Below, in pieces: positions 34,959 through 40,317 of a stretch of DNA of 40,317 nt. Position 1 is the stretch's first letter. Each line of letters begins with the position of its first letter. Source of the stretch: a virus (taxonomy: Duplodnaviria > Caudoviricetes); IMG/VR virus record IMGVR_UViG_3300020045_004202, positions 1-40,317 of that record; one strand, written 5' to 3'. The position numbers were made by a program, and so were the translations under genes. The notes below the pieces were generated by a model. The model searched no databases. It was given only the letters and a program-made list of their open reading frames with translations, and had not been told where the DNA came from.

Positions 34959-35251
34959 ATTACTCCGATGAGTACGAATTTTGCACCGGAATTGTAGGCA
35001 TATCGAAAGCTGAATACTTTACGCTCACGCCTGCCGAAACTTACACACGCGTGCGGGCGTATATTCACAACCGGGATGCAATGGCAAGTAACTTCCGGGC
35101 ATTGTTTCAATTGCAATTTAATCAATGGTCAAAACACCCAAAGGGAGCCGCTGAACTTTGGCCGCTTTCAATTGATGAATCAGACGTTGAACCTTTAACA
35201 GAAGAAGAAATGTACAAACGAAATGAAGAAATCATAAACAAGTATCGGTAA
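34928..35251 (+). CDS. tail assembly chaperone -1 frameshift extension (gpT-like)
   Basis: The -1 frame is open from the A10 run: KSEIEPDVNYSDEYEFCTGIVGISKAEYFTLTPAETYTRVRAY... Confidence 0.75.
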   Translation, partial: KKKSEIEPDVNYSDEYEFCTGIVGISKAEYFTLTPAETYTRVRAYIHNRDAMASNFRALFQLQFNQWSKHPKGAAELWPLSIDESDVEPLTEEEMYKRNEEIINKYR

Positions 35252-35275
35252 CGGTACGGAGTGAATTAAAACGAC

Positions 35276-35551
35276 ATGACAAATCAAGATTTAATCGAAA
35301 TGGGATTTAAAAAATTCCCTCACTTTACAGTATCACACAATGTTAATTATTCACTTGGAAGGCATAGACATTTATCTGCTGGATGTGTCGGAACACCAAA
35401 TGAAATGCTTTTTATAATTGAAACAGACGATCAAGACGACAAAAGTATAACAGAAATAATTTGTCTACATAATTACGATTATGATGGATATTTGACTGAA
35501 AGAAAAGTAAAATCACTTATCAATTTAATTACAGGAGTTGACCATTTTTAA
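35276..35551 (+). CDS. inserted hypothetical protein
   Basis: ORF followed by a terminator. Confidence 0.6.
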   Translation: MTNQDLIEMGFKKFPHFTVSHNVNYSLGRHRHLSAGCVGTPNEMLFIIETDDQDDKSITEIICLHNYDYDGYLTERKVKSLINLITGVDHF

Positions 35552-35552
35552 G

Positions 35553-35576
35553 GCGGGATTTTCCCGCTTTTTTTTT
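35553..35576 (+). terminator. intrinsic terminator
   Basis: GCGGGA-TTT-TCCCGC followed by T9. A -7-like TAAATTTG follows, upstream of the tape measure gene. Confidence 0.8.
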
Positions 35577-35643
35577 GTCCTAAATTTCACTAAATTTGAA
35601 CGCATGATAAGGGCACTTTTACAGTAACTAAATACATACGACC

Positions 35644-37269
35644 ATGAAAATAGGCGATCTGTTCATAAAATTAGGACTTCAAAAAGGTGAGTTTGATAAG
35701 GGCATTGATGATGCTAAAAAGAAAACGACTTCTTTTGGCGGCTCATTTAAAGAATTGTCAACATTAGCTGTCGGTGCGTGGGCTGCTATTGGTACAGGTG
35801 CCATAATGGCCTTTAATGCAATAAAGAATTCAAGTGATACTTTATCTACTCGATGGGATATAATGATCGGAGGGATGACTGCCGGTACCAATGAATTTTT
35901 TAGAACGTTAGCTATTGGTGACTGGTCTAATTTTATGACCAATTTAAAAGATGCTGTAAAAGTTGGTCGTGAATATGTTGCCATGCTTGACGATATAGAA
36001 GAAATGCAACGATCAGCCACAATGTCTGAAGCGAAGATGTTGAAAGAAAATACTCAACTTGAAATTGATGCGGCAGATAGAACAAAAACAATAGCAGCAA
36101 GAAAACAGGCTGCTGAAAAGCGAATAAAAAATGAAGAAGATTTAGCTGCAAAAAGAATTGAGATTGCAAAAAGAGTTTATGATGAAGAGAAGAAAGTAAC
36201 ATTACAGCAAACTAGATTATCAGGCGATCAATTAGATGCGCTAATGTCTGACTTTGATAGTGTTGATAAAGAACGCTCAAAAGAATATAATAAGCAGTAC
36301 GATTCTTATAAATATGCCGGATTTACTACCAAAGAAATACATACAATATTAGCAAAAACATTTACTGAAAACGAAGCCAATTATGCTAAGTCTGTTAGGC
36401 AAATGGGCGATACAACAGATGAGCAATTAAACAAAATGGTCGATGCTTATATGAAATTGGCTATTGCTCAGGAATCTGTCATCGGAAATACCAGAAGGAT
36501 AAGAATTAGACTATCCGGATTAATTACAGGAGAAGAAGATGGGGCTGCTAAAGACAATTCAGGGAAAGCACAATTAGAAAATCTTAAGAAGATTAACGAC
36601 GAACTTGAAGCACAGCGAATTTTAAGGCAGGAGTTTAAAGGAGAGAAAATACAGCCATTGACCGGGATTGGAACACCTGACCAAATGCCCACAAATTTCA
36701 TGGACACCAATCAATTGCAGTTGGGCGACATGGGCGATTCGTGGAAAGCAAATATTGCAAAGAACAAAAAGTTTACGGAAGAGTATTTGCAGGACATGAA
36801 GGATTTTACCGACGAACTAAATCGGACAATTTCTTCCGGTATTGCTGACGCAATCGGTTCGCTTGCTGAAGGATTAGGACAGTTAGCAGCCGGTGAAATA
36901 TCGGGTGGTGAATTTGGGAAAAACATATTAGCTGTTATTGGTGGGTTTATGAAAACATTGGGCGGACTGATGATTGCATACGCTGTTAACATGGCTTTAT
37001 TTGCTGAGTCTGCTAAAAATCCTTTAGCGTGGCCGGTTGCGCTTGCTGCCGGTGTAGCTCTTATTGCGGCCGGTGCTGCAATATCTTCTTTTGCGTCAAA
37101 AGGTGTGTCAGGTGGTAGTGCTTCCAGCGTTGCTGCATCCGGTTACTCAAACTATTCTGCATCGAGTGGGGCGGCTGTACTGTCCGGAAATGTTGTGTTT
37201 GAATTGGAAGGAACAAAACTACGCGGGGCATTGAATAATACGGATAGAAGAAATACATTAATACGATAA
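35644..37269 (+). CDS. tape measure protein
   Basis: IGDLFIKLGL....F..G N-terminus, helical coiled coil, Ala/Gly-rich hydrophobic C-terminus; follows the chaperones. Confidence 0.88.
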   Translation: MKIGDLFIKLGLQKGEFDKGIDDAKKKTTSFGGSFKELSTLAVGAWAAIGTGAIMAFNAIKNSSDTLSTRWDIMIGGMTAGTNEFFRTLAIGDWSNFMTNLKDAVKVGREYVAMLDDIEEMQRSATMSEAKMLKENTQLEIDAADRTKTIAARKQAAEKRIKNEEDLAAKRIEIAKRVYDEEKKVTLQQTRLSGDQLDALMSDFDSVDKERSKEYNKQYDSYKYAGFTTKEIHTILAKTFTENEANYAKSVRQMGDTTDEQLNKMVDAYMKLAIAQESVIGNTRRIRIRLSGLITGEEDGAAKDNSGKAQLENLKKINDELEAQRILRQEFKGEKIQPLTGIGTPDQMPTNFMDTNQLQLGDMGDSWKANIAKNKKFTEEYLQDMKDFTDELNRTISSGIADAIGSLAEGLGQLAAGEISGGEFGKNILAVIGGFMKTLGGLMIAYAVNMALFAESAKNPLAWPVALAAGVALIAAGAAISSFASKGVSGGSASSVAASGYSNYSASSGAAVLSGNVVFELEGTKLRGALNNTDRRNTLIR

Positions 37270-37273
37270 CGAC

Positions 37274-39307
37274 ATGGCATACCAAAAAAAGTATTATTTC
37301 TCATTCAAAGATATTCGGCTTACTGAGCGTACTCACTTAGTTGAACTTTGGCAAAATACCGATGACACTTTAACCGCTGAAGAAATCAAAGGACACATGA
37401 ATCCTTTTTCCGTTGAAATGCCTGAGATAGACCATAAGTTTCAGGTCGTATGCGGGTGCGGGTGCCAGATCAATTTATTATCCGAAACTGATATGAAATT
37501 CTTTACCGGACTGTATCACGTCAACCCGACTGATTTCATGGTTAAACATTACATCGACGAGGTGATTAACTTTCTTGGTTATCTAAATGCTGAAATGATG
37601 TCAGAGCCATACGACATTGATTTTAACTACCAGGTAAGTTTAACAGGTAATGATGGGTTCAGTTTGATGGATCGTTTTTCGTTTATACAACTTGATGAAT
37701 CAAATTACACCGGTGTAAAATCAAAGTTTGAATTGCTTCAAATCATCTTTGCAAAAATCGGATTGCCATTTTCTGAATATCTAATTGCACTAAGTACGAC
37801 CTTTACAGGGTATTCTGAGAATCCTGGATTAAGTATATTACATGAGTCTTACGTTGATTGTGCTAACTTCTACGATGAAGATGATAAGCCAATGTCTTTG
37901 CGCGCGGTGGTTGAATCAATTCTTGCACCTTACGGGGCACATATTCGTGCGGAATCAGGCAATATCTACATAACTGACATTCATTCACTCGCTTCGCTTT
38001 CAAGTGTTGTTTATAAACGTTTTACGATGTCAACAGGGGCATACGTTGCTGACGTTGCAATCTTAAACGTTAAGGCCGTGTCTGACATTGGTTATATGGG
38101 AAATGGTCATAAAATCGATCGATCTGGTGGCGTCAATCGCCAGGTAGTAAGTTATTCGCCATACCCGACAAAAACGATATTGGAAGAGTCGCTAATCGGT
38201 ACTGATGAGTTTACAACCGTACCGGCCGCTTTTAGTATAAAGGATGGGTATTATTACAAGACTTTGGATGGGAATATGTATTGGGAGACTATTTTAGGTG
38301 TATTTGAGCAAAGCTTCTACAACTCCCCAAACGAATCAAATGTTTATATCATGTGGCCTAGATTTACATTAGTAAATACAAAGGTTGCACAACTTAAAGT
38401 AAATCCATATTTAAATATTTCGACTCCTGAATATGGCAACATAAACGATCTTTATCGAATGATAAGGATTGAAATTAAAGCAGAAATATTAATCAAGACC
38501 AAAACTAATCCGTACGACAGTAATGATAGCTATGGATTGGTAACCCAATTAGTCACGTATTGGGTTGTAAAAGTAGGGAATCTGTACTATGACAATTCAC
38601 TGACTGATAGTCCGAGATGGACAACTACTTATGCAATGTGCCGGGTACCATCAAACGGAAATGGACAGAATCTCAATGATAATTTTCATTCTTTCATATT
38701 TGCCCCTTTTGTTGACGAATACTTAATGGGAAATTTAGAGATTGAAATATGGTCTAACTATGAAACGTATGGCGATGGCGGTGGATTATTGTCTGATAAA
38801 GTAAAAGAAATTTGGATTAAAAATATTGAGTTCAATTTAAAGAGGATAAATAGCACAAATCCTGGATCTACACCATTCGAAATTCCAGACGATGACGTTG
38901 AGTACATTGGATTATTGGATAGAACATTCCAGAACGAAGGGCAAAAGATCGAATTAACTTGTGGAACTGATGTCACTCTTTGCGATAAAGCAAAGATCCT
39001 AAAATCAGACGGCACAAACTATTCCGACATTACGCAATGGACACGCAACGCCCAATCGTTCAAAATTGAAGAGCTGCTATTGGGTTCTGTTTCGTCAAAT
39101 TACCGTGCCGGATTCGTGACGCTTTCGAATATGAAGTTGAAAAACTCATTCGGTCTGCAAAATATTCTGACTGATACGTTTATAGGATCGGCTAAAATGA
39201 TGGTAAAATCTGCAAATATAAACTATCAGGACAATGTGATTGATTGTTCTTTAGAGGAAATTCTACCGGATGAACTTATCATTGTGAAAGACACTAGTAT
39301 AACGTAA
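37274..39307 (+). CDS. tail tip/baseplate hub protein
   Basis: Directly after the tape measure gene; beta-rich; 677 aa. Confidence 0.65.
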   Translation: MAYQKKYYFSFKDIRLTERTHLVELWQNTDDTLTAEEIKGHMNPFSVEMPEIDHKFQVVCGCGCQINLLSETDMKFFTGLYHVNPTDFMVKHYIDEVINFLGYLNAEMMSEPYDIDFNYQVSLTGNDGFSLMDRFSFIQLDESNYTGVKSKFELLQIIFAKIGLPFSEYLIALSTTFTGYSENPGLSILHESYVDCANFYDEDDKPMSLRAVVESILAPYGAHIRAESGNIYITDIHSLASLSSVVYKRFTMSTGAYVADVAILNVKAVSDIGYMGNGHKIDRSGGVNRQVVSYSPYPTKTILEESLIGTDEFTTVPAAFSIKDGYYYKTLDGNMYWETILGVFEQSFYNSPNESNVYIMWPRFTLVNTKVAQLKVNPYLNISTPEYGNINDLYRMIRIEIKAEILIKTKTNPYDSNDSYGLVTQLVTYWVVKVGNLYYDNSLTDSPRWTTTYAMCRVPSNGNGQNLNDNFHSFIFAPFVDEYLMGNLEIEIWSNYETYGDGGGLLSDKVKEIWIKNIEFNLKRINSTNPGSTPFEIPDDDVEYIGLLDRTFQNEGQKIELTCGTDVTLCDKAKILKSDGTNYSDITQWTRNAQSFKIEELLLGSVSSNYRAGFVTLSNMKLKNSFGLQNILTDTFIGSAKMMVKSANINYQDNVIDCSLEEILPDELIIVKDTSIT

Positions 39308-39371
39308 CGTTTTGATCAAGTATAACGTAGCGCGTTGATCGGTTATTAAATATTTTTTGTAAGTTTGCAAT

Positions 39372-40283
39372 ATGTCAGACGTAAGGACCAACAACATACC
39401 AGTTCCACGTACCGCACGAAATAAGCGGATATATTCAGGGAATACCGGAATTAGTAAGACTGTTATATCAGGAGGTGGCGGTGGTGGCGAAACGGTATTG
39501 GATTGGGTAGGCGTATCAACTACTGACGTTGTAATAAATCGAAACTTAACGGTTGAAGGTGATCTAACGGTTCAGAATCTTTCAGGACTTGCCGGTGACA
39601 CGGTAATTGTTAACGAAAACGGCACGCTTGCAACGGTAAGGGAAGTAATTAATGAGGTTCCGGCCGGATTGATTAACGGGGTTAATGCTGAATACACTTT
39701 GGCACATTTGCCTGATGGGTTGATAAAATTGTACAAAAATGGTCAAAAAATAAAGTTGGGACTTGATTATACAATTTTAGGTCAAACTATTTCGCTGATA
39801 AAAATAGTTGATGGTATTACGTCGCCGAATCCACTTATTTCTGACGGGTACGAAGATGTTTTGCTTTGCGATTATCGTTATGTCACTTATTCACCTGGTG
39901 GAACGCCTGTACCTGCAATTCCTGATCAAGTCAACTGGGTTGCAATGACCCGCGGGGTGGCCGCTCAATCGTCAGGCTTTGACATACAGATTTGCCGTAT
40001 TGGTAAGACACTGCAAATCTCAGGTTATTTCTTATCCGCTTCAAACCCTGCCGTCGGATCGGTTATTGCTTCGATTGCGATTTCCTCGATTGCTGAAGGA
40101 ATGAGTTTAACCAGACCGCAATGGATAACATCGAATGAAATTTCAAGTGACTACGATAACAGGGGCATTAGGTTTTACGTTGATACGTTTGATCCTACCA
40201 TAAAACCAACTGTCCGACTTCTTTGTGATTACGAATTTGATGCTGGACAAATCTATTTTTCAAAAACTTTAATTTGCTTATAA
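39372..40283 (+). CDS. minor tail/fibre protein
   Basis: Gly linker, EVPAGLINGVN.EYTL...P....LYKNG....G.DYT motif; C-terminal CRIGK..QISG fibre-tip-like domain. Confidence 0.65.
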   Translation: MSDVRTNNIPVPRTARNKRIYSGNTGISKTVISGGGGGGETVLDWVGVSTTDVVINRNLTVEGDLTVQNLSGLAGDTVIVNENGTLATVREVINEVPAGLINGVNAEYTLAHLPDGLIKLYKNGQKIKLGLDYTILGQTISLIKIVDGITSPNPLISDGYEDVLLCDYRYVTYSPGGTPVPAIPDQVNWVAMTRGVAAQSSGFDIQICRIGKTLQISGYFLSASNPAVGSVIASIAISSIAEGMSLTRPQWITSNEISSDYDNRGIRFYVDTFDPTIKPTVRLLCDYEFDAGQIYFSKTLICL

Positions 40284-40293
40284 TACTCTAAAC

Positions 40294-40317
40294 ATGAAAA
40301 AACTAATTTTAATTGCG
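40294..40317 (+). CDS. start of a further gene, probably with signal peptide (truncated)
   Basis: ATG AAA AAA CTA ATT TTA ATT GCG = MKKLILIA. Confidence 0.5.

Noticed and set aside
1-40317. Stop-codon reassignment
   Set aside because: Core genes are full length in the standard code and all three stop codons are used.

Overview
Most of a ~40 kb siphovirus genome (HK97-type head, short non-contractile tail), linearised inside the tail-fibre region. The host is probably Bacteroidota, based on TAnnTTTG promoters, A-rich leaders without Shine-Dalgarno sites, a BT4734/VirE-N primase and signal peptides ending at Gln. Layout: receptor-binding/fibre genes (1-6.3 kb, +), lysis (6.4-7.9 kb, +), an early/replication/recombination/DNA-modification arm (7.9-22.4 kb, -), an AT-rich control region (22.4-23.0 kb), then packaging, head and tail genes (23-40.3 kb, +). 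No integrase is visible. The main finding is a circularly permuted (two-piece), very small tmRNA gene at ~33742-33985. It has its own promoter, an alanine-identity acceptor stem (G3-U70, A73) and the tag GNNFEMKAAA*. Other points of interest: many virion-module proteins carry Sec-type signal peptides; a palindromic operator (ACACAATTGTGT) is shared by six promoters including the tmRNA's; there is a candidate anti-start-codon small RNA, a repeated 5'-leader motif, an atypical tRNA(CAT) and an antitoxin-like small protein. All product calls come from motif recognition and gene order; no database search was run.
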